From: Flavobacteriales bacterium
GTDB lineage: Bacteria; Bacteroidota; Bacteroidia; CAIKAF01
Direction: 5' to 3'
DNA: 64,000 nt
Assembly: GCA_018401695.1 (NCBI GenBank)
Contig: JAGYKD010000002.1
Location: 238,636 to 302,635, forward strand
The stretch's first letter is position 1; each line of letters starts with the position of its first letter. The translations under genes and the position numbers were made by a program. The notes below the pieces were generated by a model that ran no database searches, was not told where the DNA came from, and worked only from the letters and a program-made list of their open reading frames with translations. Positions 10,510-20,808 of the stretch are shown here, one piece after another.

Positions 10510-10700
10510 ACCCAAAGTAGAAAGTCGAGCCATTTGGGCCCCGGCATCTACAAAAATCCTCCTCCGTATGGGCGTCCACTCCAGCCTCACCCTTGGCATG
10601 GCACGGTCTGCCAACCGCCCTAGGGTGTTTCAACACCCCAGGGCGGGGCATACCGGCCTTGCCAAGGGCGGGGTCTTCCGTTCAAGCCCGGGGGCCATTT
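10510..10700. ncRNA. candidate structured RNA / GC-rich hairpin cluster (unclassified)
   Basis: 65% GC block in a 1 kb gene-free gap. Contains a 12/13 bp hairpin CCGCCCTAGGGTG-TTTCAA-CACCCCAGGGCGG. No tmRNA, RNase P or SRP signature motifs were found. Confidence 0.2.
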
Positions 10701-11282
10701 TATGAAGTTTTTGGTCCCTATTGCTTTGTTTCAAAAGAAAATGCCGGGCTTTACTTTGCGGAGGATAGGATCTTTTTGAAAATGCTAAACGCTAGGGTAG
10801 GTGCACCCCAAAGGGACAAGCACAATCCGTCTAAAGACCATACAGCCTTGCCACAACTTTCCAAAGAGCATAAGGTTTGAATGCAAAGATTCGCTTTTAG
10901 AGGCATAGATTTCGGCCAGGACATGGAAGAGTAAATGATCCGGCGCAGGGACCGAGCCGGTACCCCCCTTTTGGGCTCCGAATGAGGGCCTGCCGGAAGG
11001 AGCGACTATAAGAAGCTCCCTTGCGGCAGAAAGAGACCGTTGATTTACACCTATTCTGGCGGCATACCAGTCCTGACCGAAGCGTCAGGAGATTTTCGAT
11101 TTGTCCACGCCTTAATCTGTACCGACGCTAGGGTCGGCATCAATGGACCTCGAAAATGCTATCCGTCAAAGGCCTCTATGTAAATTTTTAAAAAATCAAT
11201 TGCCCGAATTCGGAGGCCAAAAGGGGAGTAAAGGGGAGGGCCCGGAAGCCCCGCCAACAGAGAATGCCTAATGGTGTATTGG

Positions 11283-11304
11283 AAGAAGCGGGGCTTGCGC
11301 CCCA
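11283..11304 (-). terminator. putative intrinsic terminator of the PiT-like gene
   Basis: On the minus strand GGGGC-GCAA-GCCCC is followed by GCTTCTTCC, directly after the stop codon. The T-tract is weak. Confidence 0.3.
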
Positions 11305-11307
11305 CCA

Positions 11308-12453
11308 TTACAACAATTCGTCGATGAGTTGTTGGTTAACGGCCAGGGCAAGAATAATCGATACCAACAAGCCTATGAGGGCGAATACTACATCGCGAAG
11401 CACCATTTTGATGGCAATGCGTTTGTGGTGGAAGCCGCTTTTTTTCCGCATGATGGATATAGCGATTTCGCGACCGCCAATAATGCCCAAAAACACCCAG
11501 GTGGTGCTCATGGGTACGGTACTGATAAACAGTTTGTAAATGAGCATAATGGCGTAGCTGAAGTCGATGAGGGTGGCGGCGCGCACGTCGTCGATGCGTT
11601 TTTTTTCGCTTACGATGTTCTGAATTTTGTCGCCACGTTGGTACATAAGCAATCCCAATCCGGCAAAAATGAGTCCGGCAAATCCAAGAAACTCCCAAAT
11701 ATTGAGTTGTCGAGGCAGGTAAACGGCAATGTTGGCTGCGTCTTGCATGAGCCAAACTCCCCAAAGCGTGCCGCTGATGAGCCATTGTGCCACAATCCAA
11801 CCCTTGGCATGTCTTCGTCCGCTAAAGAATTTTCGAATGATGGAGTAGCCGCCAATCCAAATGACCATGGAAAGGACAAAAGCCATTCCATAACCGCTTA
11901 CGCTTTTTACAAATACCGAGGAAATACCTGAAGCGCTGGCGGAGAAGCAGCTGAGCAGCAAAAAGGTAGTTGAAACCGGCATGCGCAAACGGGTGAGCAC
12001 CAGTAAAATGAGTGGCGCCACCACTTGAATAAAGGAAAAACCTTGTTCGGCCGTGGGTTGCGGATAGGGGGAGTGCTGGGGTAAATCGGGATATTTACTT
12101 GGGTTGTAAATGCGTTGGTAGGTTACATCGCCATCAAAAACAATCCAACTAAAGGAAACCACGGCCAAAAAAATTAAACCGGCAAAAAGCCATAGGATCC
12201 ACCAGGGTCTACGCGCATTACTGACAATAAAAGTGCCTAGGGTTTGAATGGAGTCGTTGGCAACAGCTGCATAGCCGGCAAAAATAAATCCGAGCCACAT
12301 GGCTACAGAATGCACCTGATAAAAAATACCGGAAATGGTAAAGCCCAATACAATGAGCAACAAGAAGCTCCGTTCGCGGAGTACAATTTCGAGGAAGTTG
12401 AACCTCCTGCGGGCTAGAACCGGCTGCAATTGCGGACTGGATTTCTGTGGCAT
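11308..12453 (-). CDS. inorganic phosphate transporter (PiT family), tentative
   Basis: Polytopic membrane protein with an ANDxxxxxGT-like motif near the N-terminus and a second hydrophobic half. Confidence 0.45.
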   Translation of the reverse strand: MPQKSSPQLQPVLARRRFNFLEIVLRERSFLLLIVLGFTISGIFYQVHSVAMWLGFIFAGYAAVANDSIQTLGTFIVSNARRPWWILWLFAGLIFLAVVSFSWIVFDGDVTYQRIYNPSKYPDLPQHSPYPQPTAEQGFSFIQVVAPLILLVLTRLRMPVSTTFLLLSCFSASASGISSVFVKSVSGYGMAFVLSMVIWIGGYSIIRKFFSGRRHAKGWIVAQWLISGTLWGVWLMQDAANIAVYLPRQLNIWEFLGFAGLIFAGLGLLMYQRGDKIQNIVSEKKRIDDVRAATLIDFSYAIMLIYKLFISTVPMSTTWVFLGIIGGREIAISIMRKKSGFHHKRIAIKMVLRDVVFALIGLLVSIILALAVNQQLIDELL

Positions 12454-12578
12454 ATATTTAGCCCTTTAGTTTTTCAGCGTACGGCAGTTGTTCTGCATTA
12501 TACAATCTGACGCAAATATCTAAGATGCAAAAGGGCAAAAGCCCGGAGCTGTATTAAATAATTGTTAAGGCGATAGGT

Positions 12579-13013
12579 TTACAAGGTAAACTGAGCAGAC
12601 ATGTCCCAGTAAAACAAAGCGAGCGAAAGTCCGGCCAAAATCATGTAAGGCACAAGAGAGGCCGCGCCCGGATAGTCTTTTGCCAATCGCTGTCCGGTAA
12701 ATAGGGCCAAAAGGGAGGCCATGCTAAAGAACAAAGCGAGGCTAATGAGCACGGGGCTAAAATCACCACCAATACCTTCAAAAATCCAAAAACCTCCGGC
12801 AGCTAAGCCAAATAAGCCCGCCAATAGTTCCAAAAGCGTGAGCGTGGGCAGCAGTATGGATACCGTTCCGGCCAGTGGAGAGGCTGAAAAGTGCCCTTTA
12901 AGCCAGTCTAGGTTGCCTTTATAGTTACGGCATTTGTCGTAAGCGCTTTGGGCAAAACAAATACCCAGCATGAGCAAGGGGGCTGCAAAAAGAAAACGCG
13001 TTATCCAAATCAT
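12579..13013 (-). CDS. DoxX-like small integral membrane protein
   Basis: 144 aa with four predicted TM helices. Shares a 4 nt overlap with the upstream reductase gene. Confidence 0.45.
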   Translation of the reverse strand: MIWITRFLFAAPLLMLGICFAQSAYDKCRNYKGNLDWLKGHFSASPLAGTVSILLPTLTLLELLAGLFGLAAGGFWIFEGIGGDFSPVLISLALFFSMASLLALFTGQRLAKDYPGAASLVPYMILAGLSLALFYWDMSAQFTL

Positions 13014-13552
13014 AGGGCAAAGGTAGCGATCCGGGATTTTAGCTCGGCAATTTGTTGCCGAAGGGCAGTGGCCACCAAGGGGTCCACTTGCGTACCGTCT
13101 TTGGAAACCAGGTTATGGATACCGGAAACAGGCACCTTAAGGGGAAGTACATCGGAGCCGAGGTAATGAAGCACGGAAGTAAGGTGGTCCATTCCTCTTA
13201 CATTTCCTGACCTCCCGGTGCCGAGTCCCACCAACACCGAGAGTTTGTTTTTGAACCATACGGGAGGGCAGGAATCGATAAGCAACTTTACCAGACCCGG
13301 GTAAGAGCCGTTGTATTCGGGGCAAATCCAGACCAAAATTTTGGGTATGCGGATATGGGTTATCAACAGGTTTTCAACATCCGAACTAGGAGTTCCAAAA
13401 ATGCTATTGTCCTTAAAGAAGGGGCTGGGCAGCTCTTGGAGCGAAAAAATTTGGGAGCTTATGCCCTCTTGTTCAAGCAACTGCATGTAAAGTCTTGATA
13501 AAGTGAGGGTATAGCTGTCGTTTCTGTGGGTTCCGGAAATAATATGAATCAT
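13010..13552 (-). CDS. NAD(P)H-dependent FMN reductase / flavodoxin-like oxidoreductase
   Basis: MIHIISGTHRNDSYT flavodoxin-like N-terminus. 180 aa. Confidence 0.55.
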   Translation of the reverse strand: MIHIISGTHRNDSYTLTLSRLYMQLLEQEGISSQIFSLQELPSPFFKDNSIFGTPSSDVENLLITHIRIPKILVWICPEYNGSYPGLVKLLIDSCPPVWFKNKLSVLVGLGTGRSGNVRGMDHLTSVLHYLGSDVLPLKVPVSGIHNLVSKDGTQVDPLVATALRQQIAELKSRIATFAL

Positions 13553-13697
13553 GAATATTCGTTCAAAGAAGTATTACGGCTGTTGATAAGTCAAAAGTAA
13601 GCAAAGCCTTGCTGTATCAATAATGCCTATTTTTGTGTATTGTTCATGGAGCAACGCATTAGACGCCTAAAAAATTGGTTTCTTTATATACAGAAGT

Positions 13698-14501
13698 ATG
13701 GGTAAAGTAATTTCCATTGCAAACCAAAAGGGTGGCGTGGGTAAGACCACCACGGCCATAAATTTAGCGGCGGGTTTGGCCGTTTTGGAGTTTAAGACAT
13801 TAATTATTGATGCCGATCCTCAAGCCAATGCCACTTCCGGTGTCGGCTTTGACCATAAGGCCGTCCAAAGTTCCATATACGATTGCATTCTAAACGAGGT
13901 GAAACCCGAGGATATTATTCTGGAAACCAAAACGCCTCATTTGGATATTATTCCGGCGCATATTGATTTGGTAGGCGCTGAAATTGAGCTCATTAATCTG
14001 CCGCACAGGGAGCAAAAAATGAAAGAGGTAATTGACGAAATCAAGCACCTCTACGATTTTATCATTATAGATTGCTCGCCCTCTTTAGGGCTTATAACGG
14101 TAAATGCCCTTACGGCCTCCAATTCGGTGATTGTACCCGTGCAATGCGAGTATTTTGCCTTGGAAGGTTTGGGCAAGCTGTTGAATACCATTCGTATTGT
14201 TCAGTCCAATTTGAACCCGGAATTGGAAATGGAAGGCATATTGCTTACTATGTTCGATAAGCGATTGCGGTTGTCGAATCAGGTGGTAGAAGACGTACGT
14301 ACCCATTTTCAGGACATGGTGTTTCAAACCATTATTGCGCGCAATACCACCTTGGGCGAAGCTCCAAGCTTTGGAGAAACCGTAATTATGTTCGATGCGG
14401 AGAGCCGCGGTGCGCAAAACTATTTGGACATGGCCAGGGAGCTCATACGTAAGAACAATATTCGAAAAGAACAATCGGTATTGCACACCACAAAGGCCTA
14501 A
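13698..14501 (+). CDS. parA: chromosome partitioning ATPase ParA/Soj
   Basis: [14 protein letters not shown] deviant Walker A motif. 267 aa. Confidence 0.9.
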   Translation: MGKVISIANQKGGVGKTTTAINLAAGLAVLEFKTLIIDADPQANATSGVGFDHKAVQSSIYDCILNEVKPEDIILETKTPHLDIIPAHIDLVGAEIELINLPHREQKMKEVIDEIKHLYDFIIIDCSPSLGLITVNALTASNSVIVPVQCEYFALEGLGKLLNTIRIVQSNLNPELEMEGILLTMFDKRLRLSNQVVEDVRTHFQDMVFQTIIARNTTLGEAPSFGETVIMFDAESRGAQNYLDMARELIRKNNIRKEQSVLHTTKA

Positions 14502-14514
14502 GTAAGATATTGGT

Positions 14515-15387
14515 ATGGCACAAAGAAAAAAAGCATTAGGCAAAGGATTGGGTGCCTTGTTGGCTGCCAGAGAAGAAGAGCAATCCTCCGATCATCATTC
14601 GGTTTCGTCCTCCGGTTCGGGAAGCATTGCTTTAATTGAAGTAAAAGATATTGTAGCCAATCGACTTCAACCCAGAACAGAATTTGAAACGGAGGCCTTA
14701 GAGGATTTGTCGGAATCCATTCGGCAGTTTGGCATTATTCAGCCCATAACCGTTCGAAAAACGGACGCGTCTTCCTATGAACTTATTTCCGGGGAGCGTC
14801 GGTTTAGGGCTTCTCAAATGGCAGGCCTAACCGAAGTGCCCGCTTATGTGCGGGAAGCAGACGACCAGGCCATGCTGGAAATGGCCTTGATTGAGAATAT
14901 CCATAGGGAAGACTTAAATGCCATGGAAATTGCGCTGTCTTACCAAAAGCTTATGGACGATTTTCAGTTTACCCAGGAACAGTTGTCTTCCAGGGTGGCC
15001 AAAAAGCGTTCTACCATTACCAATTACCTGAGGTTGCTCAAATTACCTGTCGAAATTCAATCGGGAATTATCGAGGGAATTATAAGCATGGGGCATGCCC
15101 GCGCCTTGGTCAATGCCGGTTCGGAGGAACGTCAAGTGGCCTTATATCGGATGGTCCTGGACAAAGGTTTGTCGGTACGCCAAGTGGAATCCTTGGTAAA
15201 ATCTCCGGAATCCAAACCTGCACCGGTTACCAAAGTTCAAAAGATGCGGATTAAACCGGGGGCTTGGGCTGGCGATTTTAAACCCAAAATGGAGGCCAAA
15301 ATGGGAGAAGAGGGCAAAGGAGCCATTACCATTCGCTTTGAATCCAAAGAAGAGTATGAGCGGTTGGTGCAGCATTTGAGCCAATGA
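14515..15387 (+). CDS. parB: chromosome partitioning protein ParB/Spo0J
   Basis: GERRFRAS ParB box and a helix-turn-helix, located directly after parA. Confidence 0.9.
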   Translation: MAQRKKALGKGLGALLAAREEEQSSDHHSVSSSGSGSIALIEVKDIVANRLQPRTEFETEALEDLSESIRQFGIIQPITVRKTDASSYELISGERRFRASQMAGLTEVPAYVREADDQAMLEMALIENIHREDLNAMEIALSYQKLMDDFQFTQEQLSSRVAKKRSTITNYLRLLKLPVEIQSGIIEGIISMGHARALVNAGSEERQVALYRMVLDKGLSVRQVESLVKSPESKPAPVTKVQKMRIKPGAWAGDFKPKMEAKMGEEGKGAITIRFESKEEYERLVQHLSQ

Positions 15388-15950
15388 AGTCCGGAGCATT
15401 TGTGGTCTTTTTCCTGATGCTTTTTGCTTTCGCTAATGCGCAGCAGGAAGCCAACGATTCCCTTAATATTATCCGAAGGGACAGCTTAAAAGCCCTACGG
15501 TTGGAAAGACACAAACCGGCGACAGCCAGCATACTGAGTGCGGTGCTGCCCGGGGCGGGTCAGCTCTATAACCGAAAGTATTGGAAAGCCCCAATTGTTT
15601 GGGGAGGGCTAGGTGCCTGTGGTTACTTTTTTGCGGCAAATCATATAGAATATATTAAGTTTCGAGACGCTTTTAGGGATCGTGTAAACGGTATTCCAAA
15701 TCCGGAGTTTGATGTCTATGATGCTACCGCCTTGCGTTCCGAAAGGGACTTGTTTCAGCGCAACCGCGATTTTGCAGCCATCATTGGTTTGGTGGTCTAT
15801 TTATTAAATATCGTAGATGCTACGGTAGATGGTCATCTGTATCATTTTGATGTTAGCGATGACTTATCCTTGTATTGGTCACCGGTTTCCATGCCGGCCG
15901 GCCTGCATGGAATGCAGCAAACAGGAATTCAATTGGGTATAAGGTTTTGA
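15384..15950 (+). CDS. DUF5683-like protein (conserved parB-downstream gene in Bacteroidetes)
   Basis: Signal peptide. Conserved position between parB and dapB. Overlaps parB by 4 nt. Confidence 0.5.
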   Translation: MKSGAFVVFFLMLFAFANAQQEANDSLNIIRRDSLKALRLERHKPATASILSAVLPGAGQLYNRKYWKAPIVWGGLGACGYFFAANHIEYIKFRDAFRDRVNGIPNPEFDVYDATALRSERDLFQRNRDFAAIIGLVVYLLNIVDATVDGHLYHFDVSDDLSLYWSPVSMPAGLHGMQQTGIQLGIRF

Positions 15951-15988
15951 AGAATAACACACCACATAGCTTGCAACCTTTGGCCATA

Positions 15989-16702
15989 ATGGGCTACGGG
16001 CAAATGGGAAAGGAAATTGAGGCTTTGGCCGGTTCTTTTCCATTTGAGTTGGTAGCGGTGCTTGATCATGGTTTTGAGAAAGCATCCCTGGATTGGGTAA
16101 AAAGGAAACCGGTGGTGATTGAGTTTTCTGAACCTGAGGCTGCCCCAAACAATATACGATTTTGCATGGATCATGGCCTCCCTATGGTGGTTGGCACCAC
16201 AGGTTGGAACGATCGGGAGGAGGAGTTAAAAAGCTATTGCCAGAAAGAAAATGGAGCCTTGCTCAAAGGCAGTAATTTTAGCCCAGGAGTAAATCTTTTT
16301 TTTGCTCTAAATGCCTGGATGGCACGCCGGATGAATCAGCTGTCGGACTATCGAGCGACCCTTCACGAAATACATCACACCCGCAAAAAAGATGCGCCCA
16401 GTGGAACAGCCATTAGTTTGGCCCAAGGGCTTATAAAAGAGCACGCTCAATACCAAGATTGGAAGCTGAGGGAGGACATGCCTTCCGATTTGGATGGCAT
16501 ACTTCCGGTGACCTATGAGCGAAGCGATGAAGTACCGGGAATACATCAGATTCAATGGCATTCTGCGGACGATCTTTTGCAAATAAAGCACGAAGCCTAT
16601 GGACGAAAGGGATTTGCTCGTGGGGCATTAATGGGCGCTATGTGGATAGTACAACACAAGGGATGGCACGATGTGTCAGAAATGTATGCATTTGGAGCAT
16701 GA
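15989..16702 (+). CDS. dapB: 4-hydroxy-tetrahydrodipicolinate reductase
   Basis: MGYGQMGKEI N-terminus and the MVVGTTGW motif. The ORF-track start at 15875 overlaps the upstream gene. The true start is probably ATG 15989 or an in-frame TTG at 15947. Confidence 0.8.
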   Translation: MGYGQMGKEIEALAGSFPFELVAVLDHGFEKASLDWVKRKPVVIEFSEPEAAPNNIRFCMDHGLPMVVGTTGWNDREEELKSYCQKENGALLKGSNFSPGVNLFFALNAWMARRMNQLSDYRATLHEIHHTRKKDAPSGTAISLAQGLIKEHAQYQDWKLREDMPSDLDGILPVTYERSDEVPGIHQIQWHSADDLLQIKHEAYGRKGFARGALMGAMWIVQHKGWHDVSEMYAFGA

Positions 16703-16890
16703 GTTGGTTTGGCGAAGGAAAAAAGACCGAACAAAGGTCAAAAAGCACAGGAAATCGGGTCGACTTTCATCAGTACCGAAATCGAAGGAAGGCCGGTTTT
16801 AGCGGATTGATGCGGATGTTGGTGTATGGCGCCATGGTCTTGGCTTTGGCATTTATGCTCATGGAATTGGTGCAGATGTTGCCGGGTTGA
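16699..16890 (+). CDS. possible small membrane protein (63 aa)
   Basis: ATG overlaps the dapB stop (ATGA). Basic N-terminal half and one C-terminal TM helix. No homology recognised. Confidence 0.2.
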   Translation: MSWFGEGKKTEQRSKSTGNRVDFHQYRNRRKAGFSGLMRMLVYGAMVLALAFMLMELVQMLPG

Positions 16891-16987
16891 TGCCAACAGG
16901 CCTAATATAGGGACGGGCAATAGGTAGCTTGCCTACAGGCCGGCTAAAAGCTTTATTAACTCCGAATCATTACTTTTACCCGAGACT

Positions 16988-17632
16988 ATGGACCAGCTAA
17001 TGGCTTCTTATGTTTTTGCGGGTTTCGGTGGGCATGCATTGGAATTAATGGATGCCATGCAAGCGTGGGAGGCATCCCCTGCGGCTTTTGCTTGCTATGT
17101 GTTGCCCGAAGCAAAAGCTGCATGGAGGGGGCCCAAACTTGAAGTTATTTGCAACCCGGAAGACCTTAAAGCTTGGTGCCGTGCCGATACCCGGGCGGTT
17201 TTGGCTACCGGAAACCCAAGATTAAGACGGCAGCTCTTCGAAGAGTTAAGTAGTTACGGCATTTCGTTTACTACCGTTGGACATCCCCAAGCCGTTTGTA
17301 GCCCCAAAGCCATATTTGGAGAAGCTTTAAACCTAATGGCCTTTGCATTTGTGGGGCCTTTTGCCCAAATAGAAACCGGAGTGTTGCTTAATGTAGGTGC
17401 CTCTGTTCATCACGGTGCCGAAGTGGGCGCCTTTTCTGAAATTGGCCCCGGTGCCCGTGTTTTGGGCGATTCAAAAATAGGGGAGGGCTGTTTGGTTGGT
17501 GCCCAAGCCACCATTATGCCCGGTATTTCTCTGGGAAAGAATGTTAGGGTAGGTGCCGGTGCAGTGGTTACCAAAGATGTTCCTGCAGGAAAAACAGTGG
17601 TGGGAGTGCCAGCCACACCTCTTAAAGGCTGA
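16988..17632 (+). CDS. sugar O-acyltransferase (NeuD/PglD-like, left-handed beta-helix hexapeptide repeats)
   Basis: Hexapeptide repeats (LGKNVRVGAGAVV…) near the C-terminus. 214 aa. Confidence 0.6.
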   Translation: MDQLMASYVFAGFGGHALELMDAMQAWEASPAAFACYVLPEAKAAWRGPKLEVICNPEDLKAWCRADTRAVLATGNPRLRRQLFEELSSYGISFTTVGHPQAVCSPKAIFGEALNLMAFAFVGPFAQIETGVLLNVGASVHHGAEVGAFSEIGPGARVLGDSKIGEGCLVGAQATIMPGISLGKNVRVGAGAVVTKDVPAGKTVVGVPATPLKG

Positions 17633-18146
17633 TTTCTTCTTTTTTCTTGTCTCTTTTTTGTTCCCAGCGATTAAAATCGTTGAGGTGCCAAAGCGTGGCC
17701 ACAAAGGAAAGCAAACTTACCGTCCAAACGGTACTTCCTAAGCCCAGCGAAAACATGAGATTGGCCATATTGAGTACAAAGCCACCCATAAGAAATAGAT
17801 GCACCAAGAGAAGTGGCTTAAGTTTCTGTTTTATGGCCCATAGGATGAACGAAACAACAACAAAGCCCAAAAAGGGGATTTGAAGAAAACTAAAAAGGGA
17901 CTCACCGGGCCATTGCATTATGCTAAGCATGGAGCCAATAGAAGAAACTCCCAAAAAGCTCACCATAGAAACAATCAGCAAAAGATGCCGGGTTTTAAAC
18001 TGCTTAATGGTAAGCATAAAAGCCATCAATGCAGGAATAAGCACCAATAGGTGCTTAATGGGGGAGAATGGAAGCTCTGCACCCAGGTAAAAGCCCATCA
18101 TACTCACGCCCATGCATAAATACGCAAGAAACAGACGTACCGACAT
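17622..18146 (-). CDS. hypothetical integral membrane protein
   Basis: Five to six predicted TM helices. 174 aa. Confidence 0.4.
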   Translation of the reverse strand: MSVRLFLAYLCMGVSMMGFYLGAELPFSPIKHLLVLIPALMAFMLTIKQFKTRHLLLIVSMVSFLGVSSIGSMLSIMQWPGESLFSFLQIPFLGFVVVSFILWAIKQKLKPLLLVHLFLMGGFVLNMANLMFSLGLGSTVWTVSLLSFVATLWHLNDFNRWEQKRDKKKEEISL

Positions 18147-19339
18147 CAGTGTTTTTCATGATCAATAGAAAGGGTCCTTATGGTCCCTGATTCCGGGTCA
18201 AAGCTTATGCGCAGGTGTTTAAGTTGCTTGTAGGGAATCCGCTGCACGGTGCCCAATTGGGCAATGGAAAGTTTTTCTGTGGTGAGCACTTTATTGTTCC
18301 ACAATATCTGAAACTCGGTGGGTTCGGGAATACGGTAGGCCAGGCGTTGGTCTTCATCGGGGTTTTTGCCTCTTTCGTAATAAAGGTTTGACCGGTTTTT
18401 GCGCACCATTTCGGTCAGTTGCGTGGGTTTTGGAACAATGTATACCGTTTCTTTAATCATCTTTAGGCTGTCGTTGATGCCTTTTTCGGGGTTGAATTTG
18501 AATAGGCTTTGGTATCCTTGGTCCATTAAACTAGGCAAATAGGTGTAGCGGTAGTGAATGGTTTCGGTAGTGCTATAGCCTGTAAATAACTGAAAATAGG
18601 CCGATTCCATTTGGTCCAGCTCTTTTAGCATGGTTTCTAAAGTGCCTTCGGGGTATTGTACGTCTTCATTAAACGAAATCAGCTGATACCTATTGCTTCT
18701 TATGGAGGCAATGCGCGTTGCGGCTTCTCGAGCGCTTTCTTCCAGGGTGCTTTTTATGAGCACTTTCTCAATTTGCCAGCGTTCCACCACCACCGAGTCG
18801 TCGTACACCTCGCGTTTGTATATGGTGTCCAGCTTTTCACGCATATTGAGCAAGTTCAGTTGACTGCGAATCTGGGCTTCTTCCTCCGCACGGCTTACGT
18901 TTTCTTGCCTCCGCTCTCTTTTTTCTTCCTCCGAGGTTTGCCAGTTTACATGCCTTAACAAGCCGTTGGACTCAAACTCCAACATAAAACCTGCCTTAGG
19001 AGAGGCCTCAATAAAGTACACCTGATTAGGATCCGGAATTTGTTCGGTTCGTAGCTCAATATCTTCAATTTCGTAAGAAAAGGTTTTGCGTTCCAGCACC
19101 GGGTAGCCCAAGAACTTTTCGGCGTAGGTATGGTAGGGACCGGGTACCTGGGTTGTTTTTTTGATTTTTACGTCTGCCACCACCACAGTTTGAGGTAAGT
19201 AATAATAAAAGCCTTCATTTTTCGGCTTAAAACCTTCCCTTACGTGGTGTACCTTTACTTTGCTGCTGCAGGAAAGCACCAAAGCTGTCCCTGTCATTAG
19301 CAAGGCTGCAAGATGAATATTCTTACTCCCTATTATCAT
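18146..19339 (-). CDS. hypothetical lipoprotein
   Basis: Lipoprotein signal (…LVLSCSS). 397 aa with charged, coiled regions. Confidence 0.45.
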   Translation of the reverse strand: MIIGSKNIHLAALLMTGTALVLSCSSKVKVHHVREGFKPKNEGFYYYLPQTVVVADVKIKKTTQVPGPYHTYAEKFLGYPVLERKTFSYEIEDIELRTEQIPDPNQVYFIEASPKAGFMLEFESNGLLRHVNWQTSEEEKRERRQENVSRAEEEAQIRSQLNLLNMREKLDTIYKREVYDDSVVVERWQIEKVLIKSTLEESAREAATRIASIRSNRYQLISFNEDVQYPEGTLETMLKELDQMESAYFQLFTGYSTTETIHYRYTYLPSLMDQGYQSLFKFNPEKGINDSLKMIKETVYIVPKPTQLTEMVRKNRSNLYYERGKNPDEDQRLAYRIPEPTEFQILWNNKVLTTEKLSIAQLGTVQRIPYKQLKHLRISFDPESGTIRTLSIDHEKH

Positions 19340-20800
19340 ATGCTACTGCTTTCCTATGCCATGAAATTAAGCCCAATCCAATAAAGGTCAGCAAACCGTT
19401 TACCGGAAGTATAGCAAACCCAAAACTAAAGGCAAAGGTACTGGATAAATAGTTTTCTAATAACCAGGCCATGGCAGGGGCCGTCAAACATACCCCTACC
19501 AAACCTATCGCGGGGAGCTTGCGCTGCTTGTGAACTATGCCAAAAGCAAAAAGCCCAAGCAATGGACCATAGGTATAACCCGCTAAGGTTAAAATGGCGC
19601 CTATGACCGAACGTTCGTTGAGTAGCTCAAACAGCCAAATACTCAACAACAGGGCCAAAGCCATACCCAATTGCACACGAGTTCTAATGCGTTTTCTTTC
19701 CGAAGCTTTGTAGCGTTCGGTCTTGCCAAATTCTAAAAAGTCAATGCAAAAAGAGGTGGTAAGGGTGGCTAAAACCGAGTCTGCACTCGAAAAGGTGCTG
19801 GCAATTAGTCCAAGGGTAAAAAATACCATCACCACGGCACCTAAATGCTCAAAAGAAAGCCAGGCAAACAGCTGGTCTCCTTCCGGCAAGGGTTGCCCCG
19901 GAAGCTTTTGGGCGGCATAGCTATACAATAAAGCTCCAAGACTCAAAAAAGCCAGGTTTACCAGCACAATCACCAGGCTGAACCCTACCATGTTTTTTTG
20001 CGCTTCTTTTAAGTTTTTGCAGGATAAATTTTTCTGCATCATGTTTTGATCCAATCCTGTCATGCATAAGGCAATAAAGGCGCCCCCCAACAAATCTTTG
20101 CCCCAAAACCGCCCATGGGACCAATCGGTATTAAACCATGGGATGTGTACACTTTCTCCCGCAATTCCTCTCCAATCCCAAAGACTTAAGTCCAATTCCT
20201 GCATCAAAACAAAAACCGCTACTCCCATGGCCAAAAGCATCATACCCGCTTGCACAGCATCGGTATATATCAAGGTCTTTATGCCTCCTTTCCAAGTGTA
20301 AAGCCACATAAAGCCCATCATTAAGGCAGAAGTCAAGAGCAAAGGAACACCCAAATCGTCCAAAAAGAAGGCCTGCAATACCAACACAGCCAAATACAAC
20401 CGACCTGCCGAACCTAAAATGCGGCTAAGTAAAAAGTAGCCCGAACCCACCCGTTGGGCAGTAGTACCAAAGCGATGCCCCAAAAAACTGTAAATGGTCG
20501 TTAGGTTCATGCGATAATACAAGGGCAGCAAAACCAAGGCAATGATTTGATACCCTATGAGGTAGCCAAAAACTACCTGCATATAACTAAAGCCTGACTT
20601 GGATACGGTGCCCGGTACACTCATAAAGGTCACCCCGCTTAAGGAGTCGGCAATCATGCCAAAAGCAATTAAATACCAAGCCGATTTTCGATTGCCCAAA
20701 TAGTATCCTTGTTCGTCGTTTTTTCGACCGGTTATCCAACCCAACAGCAGCAGCAAACCTACGTAGCCGCCCAAACAAACCAACAACCAAATCCAATGCA
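19323..20800 (-). CDS. sodium:solute symporter (SSF family)
   Basis: About 13 TM helices. Start moved to the internal Met (MHWIWLL…), which gives a typical SSF N-terminus. Confidence 0.65.
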
Positions 20801-20808
20801 TCCTTTGC

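Noticed and set aside
10500-11270. Possible tmRNA, RNase P RNA or SRP RNA in the large gap
   Set aside because: I looked for GGAAAGUCCGG / GGUAAGAGCGCACC / ACAGAACCCGGCUUA (RNase P), a GGUUCGAAUCC-type T-arm with a tag-peptide frame (tmRNA) and the SRP domain IV motif. None was present. Only generic hairpins remain.
11329-11931. 200 aa plus-strand ORF, and 11336-11800 minus-strand ORF in another frame
   Set aside because: Both overlap the long polytopic transporter ORF and lack motifs. They are likely spurious.
13553-15400. parS site near parAB
   Set aside because: No close match to TGTTTCACGTGAAACA was seen in or around parAB by eye. It may lie outside this window or be divergent.
16555-16890. 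111 aa ORF overlapping the dapB 3' end
   Set aside because: The long form overlaps dapB in another frame. Only the short 63 aa version starting at the ATGA junction is retained, as a low-confidence feature.
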